Source: Rhizaria sp. SCN 62-66
Taxonomy: Eukaryota
Direction of reading: 5' to 3'
Length of the DNA stretch: 47,264 bases
Assembly: GCA_001724265.1 (NCBI GenBank)
Contig: MEDY01000229.1
Coordinates: forward strand, 1 to 47,264
The position numbers were made by a program, and so were the translations under genes. This document shows, piece by piece, positions 1 to 11,400 of the stretch. Within the stretch, counting starts at the first letter, position 1; every line of letters starts with the position of its first letter. The notes beneath the pieces are model-generated. The model had not been told where the DNA came from, made no database searches, and saw only the letters and a program-made list of their open reading frames with translations.

Positions 1-1656
1 CGTGCTGCCGGGGTCGTAATCGTCCTCGTCGCTAGGGTTCGGCGCCAGCGCCGGCAGTACGCCCGCCGGCAGCGGCACGGGGGTCGAGAAGTGTGGCACG
101 AAGCGCTTGCCGCCGGGGGGATACTGCCGCGGCAGCGCGCCAGCCTCGTTGGCGGCGGCGGCAGCGACCTGGATCTCGACGTCTTTGCCGAGGAACGGCA
201 GCAACGCCGTGTCCGGGTGCCGCAGGCGACTGGTGAAGTACGGGCGGTTTGCACAATTGGCGTGCGCCCACGACGACAGCGCGGCGCCTGAGGACCGGGC
301 CGCCGAGGGCGCCAGTACGGACGCGGCGGGGGCCTTAGGTGCCGGCTTCACGACGGACGGTGACGGCGATGACGAAGCTGACGAGGACAGTGACAGGGGC
401 AGAATGGCACTCGCCTTGGTGGTCGTGTGAGGCTTCGCATTGCTCGGGTTGTTGCTGAGGGTGCTGTTGGGGGGCAACGGCAAGTCCAAGTGAGGGTTCC
501 CGTCAGTGATGCTTCTAAGGTGCCAGTGCTTGTTCGTCGTCGCGTGGGCGTTCGCATTGTCTGTCGCGACAATGATGGCACTCGTGGTCGCAGTGTCAGA
601 AATGACACTAGCCGCATCGTCAGCAAGCGGGTTCGCGTTCGTATTGGTTTCACGACTCAGGTTCACTTCATCGACGTCCAACTTGCTCTTCTCGTTCTTG
701 TCACTGCGACCGCGGCCGTTAGACGTGCTGTTGATGTTGTTGCTCAGAGGGTTATCGCCTTCTTCCTCTTCCTCATCACTGTTCACGAGTACGCCGCCGC
801 TGCGCAAAAGGGGCGAGGCAGAAGTGGGCTTCACGGGCATAGTCGCCGCGTTCACCGCCGCGTTCACCGCATGGCCCTTGCGTGGGCCGGCCGGGCCGTG
901 GCCGTCGAGCTGGATCGGCATCGCCAGCGCGCCGGGGCCGTGCGACTGCGACTGGGACTGGGAGGCAGCGAGAGCAGACAGCGCGTCTGCGGCCGCCGAG
1001 TGGAAAACCTCGGCCACCGTGTGCCGCCTCAGGTACTGCATGCCGGGGGCCTCCCACGTCGTGGCGGGCGCGCCGCCGACAAGCGGAGCAGGATGCAGCA
1101 GCGGGCCCGTGGCGATGCTGCCGAAGACGCGGCGCAGCACTAGGTCGGTCAGCGTGGCGTATGCCACCAAGACCGGGGACGCGGCCGTCGCGGGAAAGCG
1201 CGGGCCGGCCGCAAAAACGCCGCGCGGGCGCGTCGCCGCGGAAGTGGCCTCGACCGTGGCGGCCGAGTACGGCGCGAGGTCCGACGGCAGAGGCAAGTGC
1301 TGCAGCGTCGAGGCGTGGAACGCGGAGGTGGCGCTGTCGGCGATGAGGATCGACTCGAGAGGCGCGTCAGTCGTATACAGCGCGCGCTCGGCGTCGTCGT
1401 TGCAGTGCGCGTTGGCGCCAGAAGAAGCGTGCTTGTGCTGGCTCGCGCGGCGCAAGGTGCTGGAGGTCGCAGGCTGAGATGGCTGCCTCTGCTCCTCGTG
1501 TTGCTCATCGAGACACTGGTACTGCTGATGTTGGTGGTGCCTGGATGTGAGCTCAAGCTCGTGTTCGCAAACATGGTGTTCATGCTGCTGTTGCGGCTGT
1601 GAGGCCGTGATGATGTCGTCCCATCCCACGAGGAGCTCGTACTCGGCAGCGGACAT
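1..1656 (-). CDS. Hypothetical protein, 5' part only (>=552 aa); continues beyond the left edge
   Basis: ATG at 1656-1654 (CACCATGTCC). I read the frame to base 1 and found no stop, which is why the ORF track omits it: MSAAEYELLVGWDDIITAS...ESILIADSATSAFHASTLQHLPLP...RPYFTSRLRHPDTALLPFLGKDVEIQV...SDEDDYDPGST. Codon usage is C/G-ending like the other genes. The nearest upstream in-frame stop is TGA at 1833-1831. No family recognised. Confidence 0.75.
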   Translation of the reverse strand, partial: MSAAEYELLVGWDDIITASQPQQQHEHHVCEHELELTSRHHQHQQYQCLDEQHEEQRQPSQPATSSTLRRASQHKHASSGANAHCNDDAERALYTTDAPLESILIADSATSAFHASTLQHLPLPSDLAPYSAATVEATSAATRPRGVFAAGPRFPATAASPVLVAYATLTDLVLRRVFGSIATGPLLHPAPLVGGAPATTWEAPGMQYLRRHTVAEVFHSAAADALSALAASQSQSQSHGPGALAMPIQLDGHGPAGPRKGHAVNAAVNAATMPVKPTSASPLLRSGGVLVNSDEEEEEGDNPLSNNINSTSNGRGRSDKNEKSKLDVDEVNLSRETNTNANPLADDAASVISDTATTSAIIVATDNANAHATTNKHWHLRSITDGNPHLDLPLPPNSTLSNNPSNAKPHTTTKASAILPLSLSSSASSSPSPSVVKPAPKAPAASVLAPSAARSSGAALSSWAHANCANRPYFTSRLRHPDTALLPFLGKDVEIQVAAAAANEAGALPRQYPPGGKRFVPHFSTPVPLPAGVLPALAPNPSDEDDYDPGST

Positions 1657-2430
1657 GGTGCGCAGGGCTGACGAAGCAGACTGTTGCGTGCGTGCTTCTT
1701 CCTTTACCGATATACAGTACTCACAAACAACGACCGCTGCGACAGCGACAAACGGGGGAGTAGAACGCGCTGTCCCGTGTGAAGAAAAGCGGGGTGGGGT
1801 GACGAAAGCAAAAAGGAAGGTGAAGCTTGCTCAATGGAAGCTTCGAGCAGGCTGTCGAATCGACAATATCAAGGAGGACGAAGGGAAGGAGGCGCAAGAA
1901 GAGGAATTACGGCATGAGACTCACTATTTGTCCAACTTAATTGAGTTTCAGGAGATATAGAATAAAGAGAGGTATCTCCAATCCAAAGGAAATATCTACA
2001 GGTTACTATTATACTGAGACTGGCCGCCGAACGAGTGTGGCTTTTTAGTCTCCACCACGAACAAGGCTTGCGCGATATCTCGCACCAGAAAGGACGTGTA
2101 CCGTGCAGTACATGGCGAGAAAATCGCGTAGTACAATAAAATACATCATTTGGTAGCTATCAAATAACGTTTTTTGCCAAAGCACAGAGGTCCGACTGAG
2201 AAACACAACTTTCAAGTGGGGGCAAGCAGAGCACACAATTCCGACAGACCCAGAGACAGACCGACCGACGCGCGCGGCGCGAGGCCGAAAAATGTCTGGC
2301 GGGGGCGTGCCAGAGTCATAGAAAAACGATTTCACAAAATGGTCGTTTTCTCGCCTTCTTGGCACCTCCCTTCAAGTCTAGACCCTTTTTTCGACTACAA
2401 GCGAGTTCTTTTTTCACCTTGCATTTTCAT

Positions 2431-5400
2431 ATGGGTGGCACGGTGGTACGTTTCAAAATTTCACGCGACTTCAACAACAGGTCGCGAGACAGCTGCAGAT
2501 TTATCCCAACGCTCCTCGTTATCGCCCCTGATGTCATTTCTACTCTTGCACCTTCGCTCGGACGTTGCTCTGCATGTCCTGGTACTTGTCAACCGCCGTG
2601 TGTGACGCAAACTGAACGATTTACTCTTCTTCCACCCCCGTGCAACCGCCGTCGGCTCACCTCCGACCTCTGGACTGTGCGTCAAAAATCTTACCCATCT
2701 GTTTGCTCTCTCTGTGTACTTCCTTGCTTCTATGCCTCGTTGTGCTGCCAACTTACGACGCGCTTCCGCAGAGCGTTGAGCAGGCTGCTCACGACGAGTT
2801 CGTGCGCACGGTCTTCTCCCCACACTCGACCGAGGCGCAATGCGACCGCACGTTAGAGCGTTTCAACACCGTCATGGCTCTGCGCCATGACGCGCTTTCG
2901 CGCGGCGGCCGCGTCGACGCCAACTCGACCATCGAAACCAACGCGAAATCCGCCCACGCCATCCTTAACCTGCTCGCGCGCGTTCAGCACACCAACGCCA
3001 TCCTCCGCATCAAGGTCCTGGTAGGCTTCTACAACATGGCGCGCTACCCGGGCTTCTACCGCGGAATCATCCGCACACCGCTCGAGCCGCTTCGCCAGTC
3101 GCTGTTGCACTCGTCCGCCGTCACCGTCGATCACGCGCTTACGGCGATGCTGCGTCTGCTGTCCACGGACCTGCTGCTGCCCGACGGCGGCTGCTGCGGC
3201 GCCCCCGCAGAGGAGCTCGCGTCCGCCGAGCGCGCGCCCTACACCGACAACTCGCACCGCATCCGCTCCTCGCGCTCCAATGCCAAGCAGCAGCAGAATA
3301 ACACCGCGAACGCTGCCGGCAGCACTGTGAACGCCTCGACTGGCAAAGGCACCTCTCCGGGCCGTCTGCCGACGTCGTCGACGGCGCCCTCGGTGCACGG
3401 CATGTTCACCGCGGCGGCCGCGGGCCCGCTCTACGGCGCGCGCGACGCCAAGAAGACGGCCGAGCTGGAGCACAGGCTTAAGGCGGCGCTCTTCGCCGAC
3501 CGCTGCTACGACGCTGTCATCAACGTCATCGTCCGCTTCGCGCCCCGCATCGTCGCAGCCAACGCGCACCCCTCGTCCTTCTCCGCTGCTGCCGCCGCGG
3601 GCGCCGGCGGCAGCGACGCGCTGCGCTCTGCGGTCGGCACTGGGCTTGACAGCGGCTCGACCTCTTTCCACAGCTTCCGCGCAGGGGTCGACGCCGCCTC
3701 GGCGGGCCGCGGCTCCGCGCTGGGTCATAGTAGCACGACGGGGGCCGCGTCTGGCGGCGTGCCCATCGTGTCGGCATTCCCCGTGCAGCCGCGCGCGTCG
3801 CGGAGAGAGAACATGATCGTGGCCAAGGCGCTGTGCGTGCTGGCGATGGCGCTCGTGGCGCGCGCCTCGACGTCGTCTTACTTCCTCGTCGAGCACATCG
3901 TCTCCAAGCTCGACTCGTTTGTGCCGCTCTCTACCGCCACGACCGCCAACAACGCTGCCGCTGGTTCTGGCTCTGCAGCTGCCACCGCCACCGCCACTGC
4001 GACTGGCTCCGGCTCCGGCTCTAGCGCCGTTGGTAACAACAGTACTCGTGTGCGGAGCGTGTCGCGCTCGCAGGAGGAGGCGCAGCTGCTGCGCGCCGTC
4101 GAGGACGCCCGCCGCGCGGCGGGCTACGTGGCGCCCGTGGTGCGCTACGGCAACGTGATCCGCGAGACGGAGCCGCGCAAGACGGCGCGCACGGACCCTG
4201 CGCACGTGGGCGCGGGCGTCATGGGCGGGCTGCTGTGCGCGCGGCCCTCGCTCGCGGCGGGCGGCGGCAGCTCGCTCTCGGCCGTGCTCGCGCCCTCGGC
4301 CTCCAACCTCAAGGGCAGCAACACCGGCTCCGCGGGCGCGACCGCGGGCGCGGGTCCCGGTGTCGCGGTCAAGGAGGCCGACGGCCCCCGCCCCGTCTCG
4401 TTTCTCTTCGACCTGCTGCTGGCGCTGTCGACGCACGGCGAGCGCGAGGTGCGCCTCGCCGCGGCCCACGCGCTGCGTGGCTTCCTGCTGCACACGTCGT
4501 ACCGGCGCGCGCGCGAGCTGCAGACTCACGCGCTGCGCGGCGGGTACCTGCTTTGGTACCTCTACTACCTCACGCCGCGCGCTGGCATGGCCGAGCACCG
4601 CGCGTGGCGCCACGATGACCCGCCGTTCCTGGAGCTGCTCTCGGTGCTGACCGGCGGCAACGACGCCGCCCGCGGCGTGCTGCAGCGCGCGCTGCCGCAG
4701 CCGCTGTGGGAGATGGCGGAGCAGCCGCGGCGGCCGTACGCCGGGCAGATGACGGGGTACTACGCCAAGGTCCGCAGCACCGAGGCCGCGGCGATGCAGG
4801 ACAAGCTGTGGGTGTGCTTCTCCAAGGGCGCGCTGCGCTTTCTCGACTACACCAAGGTGTTTGCGGCGCTGGACCGCGAGCACGCGACGCCGACGCTCAT
4901 CTGGGCCGAGCGCAACAAGGTCGAGCTGCTCGATGCGATCCAGACCGAGGTGGAGGACTTCCGCGTTCAGAAGGACGTCGACCCGCTCTCGTGGTGGGAC
5001 CACGAAGGGTTCGACGTGACGTACCCGTCGCTGGGCCGCCACCTCAAAGTCGGCGCGTACTACATCCGCAACCTGCTGCCCGAGCTGCAGCGCCAGTGCG
5101 ACGTGCTGTACCGTAAGGACCGCTACACGAGCGCGCTTGTCCCCACGGGCGCCGCGCCGGACCCGGCGTGGGAGCTGCAGATTGCGCCCGCGGAGCTGCC
5201 CGTGCTGGTGTCGCTGTGCTTCCAGCGCGCTGTCGTCGAGGACGACGTGGGGTGGAAGCTCGCGTGCATCCGCGTCATGACCGCGCTCTACACGCGCTAC
5301 CCAGAAGTGCTCCAGGACGCGGACATGATGCCGTATCTCATCTGGCTGCTCACGCCCAAGCCGGAGCTCGACGCCGCGCGCGAGCGCGAGCGCGAGCGTG

Positions 5401-8400
5401 AGCGCGAGGCCGAGTCCAACGGCCACGGCCACAGTTACAGTCACAACGCACTGACGCACGACGGCAGCACGGCCAGCGTCGAGCTGACCGCGGCGTCGGG
5501 CGCGCTCGTCGTCGCCGGCAGTAAGCCCGCCGCCGGCCTCGGTGCCAGCAGCGCCGGCGACCGGTTCGACCCCACGAGCGCCGAGTCGGCACTCGTGTGG
5601 CGCGACTACGTGATCAGCTTTCTGGAGCGCCTGCTGACGCACCCGGGTAATATCTCGCGCTTCGTCGCCTGCAACGGCGTCAACACGATCCTCTACTACA
5701 TCGTCCAGGTGCACCGCGACGGCAAGGCCGCGCGGGCCAAGCTCGCCGAGAAGATCGCCGTCGAGAGCTACGCGCCCGGTCATGAGCGCGTCGACTTCGG
5801 CGACTCAAAGGCCGCCAGCGCGAACGGCGGCGCGGGGAGGACCTCGGTCTCGCTCGTGTCGCCCAGGGGCAACAACAGCACCAGCGACTCTGCCGCGGCT
5901 GCTGGTGGCGCCGGCGGCGCGCGCGGCAGTCTCCGCACGCGCACCGACGCTGCCCTCGCCGCGCCGGCCAACGCGACAGCGAGCTCTAGCAGCATGCCTC
6001 AGTTCCAGCGCAACAAGACGATCATGCTGATGCTCGAGGCCGACGACGACGACGACGCCGGCAACGGCAGCGGCAGCAAGGCCGACGGCAGCACACCCGA
6101 CGGCGCCGCTGGCTCCAGCTCCGGCCGCCGCGGCACGGCGCTGGCCCGCAACGGCTCCGACAGCGCTCCTGCGAACGCCGCTTCCGCAACCGGCTCTGAG
6201 GCGACGAGTGCGGCGCCCGCCAAGACCCTCAAGGCGGCCGGCACTCGCAACGCCGCTGCCGCCGCCGCCGCCGCCGCCGCCGGTGCCGACTCGACTGTAG
6301 GCTCGCCTGCTGCGGGCGACGACGCTGCCAGCGCGAGCGACAGTGACAGCGACTACACCGACTCCGAGTCGATGATCGCCGCCGCCAACGCCGCCGCGAC
6401 TGCCGGTGCCGCGAGCGACAAGCCCGCTTCCACGGCGGTAACCGTGCGCAAGCCGCGCGCGCCGTACGTAATCCCGACGCCTCTGACGATGACGACGCAC
6501 GCGTCGGCCCGCCGCGCGCGCGCGCGTCTGCCGCAGCCGCGCGAGGACCTGCTGGAGGACATCCCGGCCCCCGCGGCGCGCGCCGTGGTCGCACAGCGCT
6601 GTCTCGACCTGCTCGCGCTCGTCGTGGCCAAGGCGCCGCGTCTGCGCCGCACAATGTTCAAGGAGCAGGTGCTCATTGCGCTGGTGCAGCTGCTCGTGTC
6701 CGAGAGCGAGGACATGGTCGACGGCGCGCTCCGCGTGCTCATGGCGCTCATCGACTCGAACACGCACGTGGTGCCCGAGCTCGCGTCGACGGGTGTGTTC
6801 CTGTTCCTGCTCTACGCCACGCGCGGCGCGCGCAAGGTGACGGGCACGATGGCCGAGTTCGTCGCCAAGTACGCGCGCAAGCAAGCCTCGCGCTACACCG
6901 AGACCCGCGGCACGTCGGTGCTGTCACCGTTCCTCCCGCCCCCCTTCGTGCGCTTGCTCAACTCGGCGACGCCGGGCGACGCCGCGCGCGCCGTGCTGCT
7001 GCTCGACCTGCCGTCGATCGAGGAGACGGGGCTGCTGTGGACGCCCTTCATGCGGTCCGACCTCACCACGGCCGTGTGCCGCCGCGTCGCGCCCTTCGCC
7101 GCCGCGCTGGCCGCGGACCCCACGCTGGTGTACGAGTACAACGATGCCGACAACCACGCGCACATCGAGTTCCCCACGCACGAGCAGGAGCTCTACGTCG
7201 GGCAGGTCTACGTCCGCGTCTTTAACGAGAAGGCCGCTGCCGAGGCCGCCGCCGCCGCTGCCGCGGGTGCTGCGCTGCCCAGTGAGCAGGACAACGCGCC
7301 CGCGGCCGCCTCTGCGACGATCGCGGAGGAGGCTGAGGGAGAGGGCGTCGAGGTCTCCTCGCACCCCGCCAACGCTTCTGCTGCGGATAGTGCTGCTTCT
7401 CCTGCGTGCGCCAGTGCCAATGCTGCGAGTGCTGCTGCTGTTGCGGAGCCGCTGGGCCCCACGACGCTGGGCCCCAACGCGCTGCCCGTCGTGCGCGGCC
7501 TCCCCTCACCGCCGGCCTTCTTCAAGGCGCTCATCACGGAGCTGTACCTCAACGGGCCCACGTACGCGGCCTCGGTCGCCGCGCAGCTCGTCATCACCAC
7601 GCCCTGCGCCGCCAAGATCCCCACCGCGCCCGGCGCCGCGCTGTCCTCGTCCTCGGCCACCGCGCCGCCGACCCCGGCCGCCGCGGGCGCCGTGCGCACA
7701 GTCACCTTCGCCGGCGCTGGCGCCGGCTCCAACACCGCCTCGAGTGTGGAGGAGCAGGAGCAGGAACAGCTGCACCAGCGCCGCTGCGAGCACCTGGTGC
7801 ACCTGATGCGCGCGCAGGTCGTAATGGCGCAGCACCTGCCCCAGTACTCGCACTTCACGTCCTACCGCGCGCTGCCGCAGCTGCTCGCCATCCTCGACGC
7901 GCTCCGCGGGCCCTTCACGGCGCAGAACGACCTGCTGCGCGTCGGTGTCCGCCTCTGGCGCGCCGCGCTCACTGCGCAGCGCGCCCCCGCCTCGGCCCAT
8001 GCTACAGCGGGCAGCGGCGAGAGCGGCGATGGCAAGACCGGGCTCACGATCGACGTCGACTCCCCGCTCGCGCCCGTCGGCGGCGGCAAGTCCGTGGCCA
8101 AGAGCGCCGAGGACGGCGGCAGCAGCAGCGATACGTCTCTCTCGGCCCTCGCCGCCGCCTCCGCTGCGTCTGCGGCCGCGGCGGTGTCGAACGCGTCGCA
8201 GTGCGTTGCGCTGGGCGGTGTCCCACTCATCATGCGGTTGGTGCGCGCCGTGTCGGCGCACTGCGACGCGGCGCTGGAGCAGCCCGTGTTTGAGGACGAC
8301 GAGGACGTCAAGGAGAACGTCTCGCTGCTCGACCACCTGCTCAACACGCTCAACGCCATGGTCATGCTCTCCAGCGGCGCCGGTGACTCTGATTCCAGCC

Positions 8401-11400
8401 CCACCGCCTGCCTCAGCAACGACAGCCACAGCGCACTGCCGTCGTCCGCGGCGTCCTCGATCTCGGTCCTCGGCGGCGCCAGTGGTAGCGGCGCCGCCCC
8501 CAGCGCCGCCGCGCCCGCGGCCGTCTCTGTGGGCGTGAGCCACCTGATGGCGGACCACGGCGCCATCACGCACGTGCTGCTGTTGTGCTTGCGCACGCTG
8601 CCGACGCACGTGGCGACACAGCGCCCGCGCCTGGCGACCACGGCGCTGCGCCTGCTGGCCACGCTCGCGCGCTTTGTGCCCAACTCGCACCCGCTGCTGC
8701 TGCGCCACGGCGTCGTGCTGGACGCGGTCCGCCTCTCGCTCGGCTACACCGCTGACTCGGCCGCCGTGCTCGCGATCGACCGCATGGGGCAGCCGTCCAC
8801 CGCGGGCTCGCGCCTTAACAACAGCGCCGCCACCACGCCCGCCGCGTCCGCCGCCGCGCCCGCTGCTGCTGCTGCGTCGAGTAGTCCCTCCGGTAGTGAC
8901 TCTGTGCCCGCGTCGCCCAAGCCGTCCCGCCCCGCGCGCAACCGCATGTCTGCGGCGACGGCGATGACGGCGCCGTCCCCGCTGGCGGCTTCGGCGCTGC
9001 CCGAGCACGCCCGCCTGACGCGCAAGGCCTCGCACCTCGCGGGCTCCAACGAGCGGCTGCTGCCTGGCGAGTCGGACGTCAACGTGCGCTTTGCGGCTGC
9101 GACGCTGCTGTCATCGCTCGCACTGCACGCCGACGCCTTCGCGCCCACCATCGCCAACTCGGCCGCCGCGGCCCCCGAGGCGCACCCCGTCGCCGCGCTG
9201 CTGCTGCAGGGCGCGCTGGGTCCGCGCATCGCCGCCTCGGCCGTCGTCCGCGACGCTGTGCGCAACACGGCCGCGCGCCGCCGCCAGCGCCGCCACGCCG
9301 CGGCCGCCGACGCCGCCGCTGAAGGCTGCACCGCCGCCGCGCTCCGCGTGCCCGCCGCCGCGGTCAAGGCGCTGCTCGCGTCGGGCGCCGTCTCCGGCAC
9401 CGGCTCCGCCACCGCCGAGGAGACCGTCCACATGCAGCTCGACTCCGGCGTTGGCGACGAGTTCGACGCCGAGGGCAGTGACATCGAGGACGACGTGCCG
9501 GACCCCACCACGGTCGCCGGCTCCAGCGGCTCCGGCTCTGGCGCCGCCGGCGTGCCCGCGCTGGGCGACGGCGCGCTGGACCTCGACTCGGGCGTGGGCA
9601 GCGGCCGCGGCCGCCTCGCGCTGCTCGCGCTGGCCACGGCCGTGGCAACGGTGGCGCAGACGCACGCGCTCGGCGACGACTCGGCTGCGCAGGCCGCCAG
9701 TCAGGCCGCGCAGGCCGCTGAGGAGGCCGCGTCCGCCGCCGCCGCCGCCGCGGCAGTGGCCGTGAGCGCGCTCTCGCCCACCTCCGCGGGCGCCTACGGC
9801 GAGGAGGAGGAGTACCAGCTCGACGAGGCCGCTGAGGCCCTCATCGCCACCGCCTCGGGCGACCTCCCCCCGCCCGAGTCCAGCGCCTCCTCTGCCTCCG
9901 CCGCCGCCGCTGTTGCTGCCGCCGCGGGGCCCGTGTCGCGCGTGTTGCGGCTGGCCGCGGCCTCGCGCTCGCCCTGCGGCGTCGCCATGGCGCTCGCAGC
10001 GCTGCACACGCTCACGCCGCAGCTTTTCCTCGTGCTCGCCGCGGGCGGGCCCGCAGCGCTGCTGGCCGCGGCCGACGCCGAGACGCGCTCGCCGTCGCTG
10101 TTGTGGGGCGCCGTGGCGAAGAATGACGTGCTGCAGTGGGTCAGCGCGCAGTGCGAGGCGCGCGACACCGCCGCCGCCGTCCCCGTGCCCGTCGAGATTA
10201 GAGAGATCCTGCCCCCCGCCACCGCCGCTGCCCCCGCCTCTTCCGCTGACAGCTCGAGCCGCGCGCCCGCGGTGGCGCTGCCGTCAGCGCTGAAGCTCGA
10301 GGTGACCGAGGCCTCGGTGGCTAGAACCTGGGGCTGGGGCGTCCGCGCGCTCTCGGCCATCGCGTCCATGGTCGTGGTTGAGACCGCGGCCGCGCGCTCC
10401 GCCGCCGCCGCCACGCCCTTTGCGCCCGCGCCGCCGCCCTCGGTCTCCCTGACCCCGGTCGCCGGCTCCCAGTCCTCCGCCGCCACCACCGCGCTCACCG
10501 CGCGCGTCGCCGCGCACACCAGCGCCTCCTCCGGCGCGCTCGCGGGCTCGGCCACCGGCACTTTGCGCGGCAGCGTGAGCGGCGGCGCAGCCGGCGGCGT
10601 GCGGTGCCGCGTCGGCGCCTTCGCGTTCCCGTCGTACCCGTTCGTGCCGGCCGTGTTCCGCCGCGAACTCACCGTCGACGGCGTCTACCTTCGCGTCTTC
10701 ATCGCGCAGGTCGGCCGCGCCGTCCAGGCCGCCGCGCCCGCCGCCGGCGCTGGCGCTGGCTCTGACGATGGCAGCGACGCGGCGCTGGCGGCCACGGGTT
10801 CCTTCCTGTCGCGCCGCGACTCGAGCGCGCTCATCGTGCGCGCGCCCTCCGTCTCCGCCGACGCCGCCACCGCGTCCAATGCTGACTCTGCCCCGGCCAC
10901 GGTGGTGTACATGGTGCCGTCGGTCACTCTGACGATGCCGCTGCGCGAGACCAACGCCGAGTGCGAGGCCGCCGAGAGCTCGCTCGGGCTGCACCGCGCC
11001 AGCTTCCTGCCTTGGCCCGTCGCATCCTCGTCCGCGCTGCCGGCCGGCGCCGCGTCGGCCTCGAGCGGCGCGGCGGCGCTGGCGCAGATGGGCCCGATGC
11101 CCACCACCGTGTCCAACTTCGCCGCCATCTCCAAGTCCTCCTCTTCCACCGGCGCCGGCGCCAGTGCCAACAAGGGCACTGCTCCCGGTAGAGTCGCGTT
11201 CGCTGCGGGCGGCGCCGGCTCCAACCCGCTCGGCCTGGCCCGCCAGCGCGCGGCGGCCTTCGCGCTGCCCGCCGTGGCGGCCACGGCCGGCCGCACCCCG
11301 CTGTCGCTGTTCAACGCGCTCAGCACCGTGGCCGCCGACGCGTGCCTCGCCGCGGCCGCCGCGCTGTGGCCCGGCGCGGAGGCCTTCGCGGACCCCGCCG

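Noticed and set aside
205-230. HPD tripeptide (RLRHPDTALL) in the left-edge gene as a split-off J-domain of the neighbouring RME-8-like gene
   Set aside because: The flanking sequence lacks J-domain helix patterns (no Y-x-x-L-G or K-x-x-Y-R-x-L before it, no F-x-x-I-x-x-A-Y after it); probably chance.
2640-2771. ORF-track N-terminus MQPPSAHL... with a hydrophobic stretch resembling a signal peptide
   Set aside because: Starts at a non-ATG codon inside a pyrimidine-rich segment bounded by GTACGT (2446) and CCGCAG (2771); better explained as intron.
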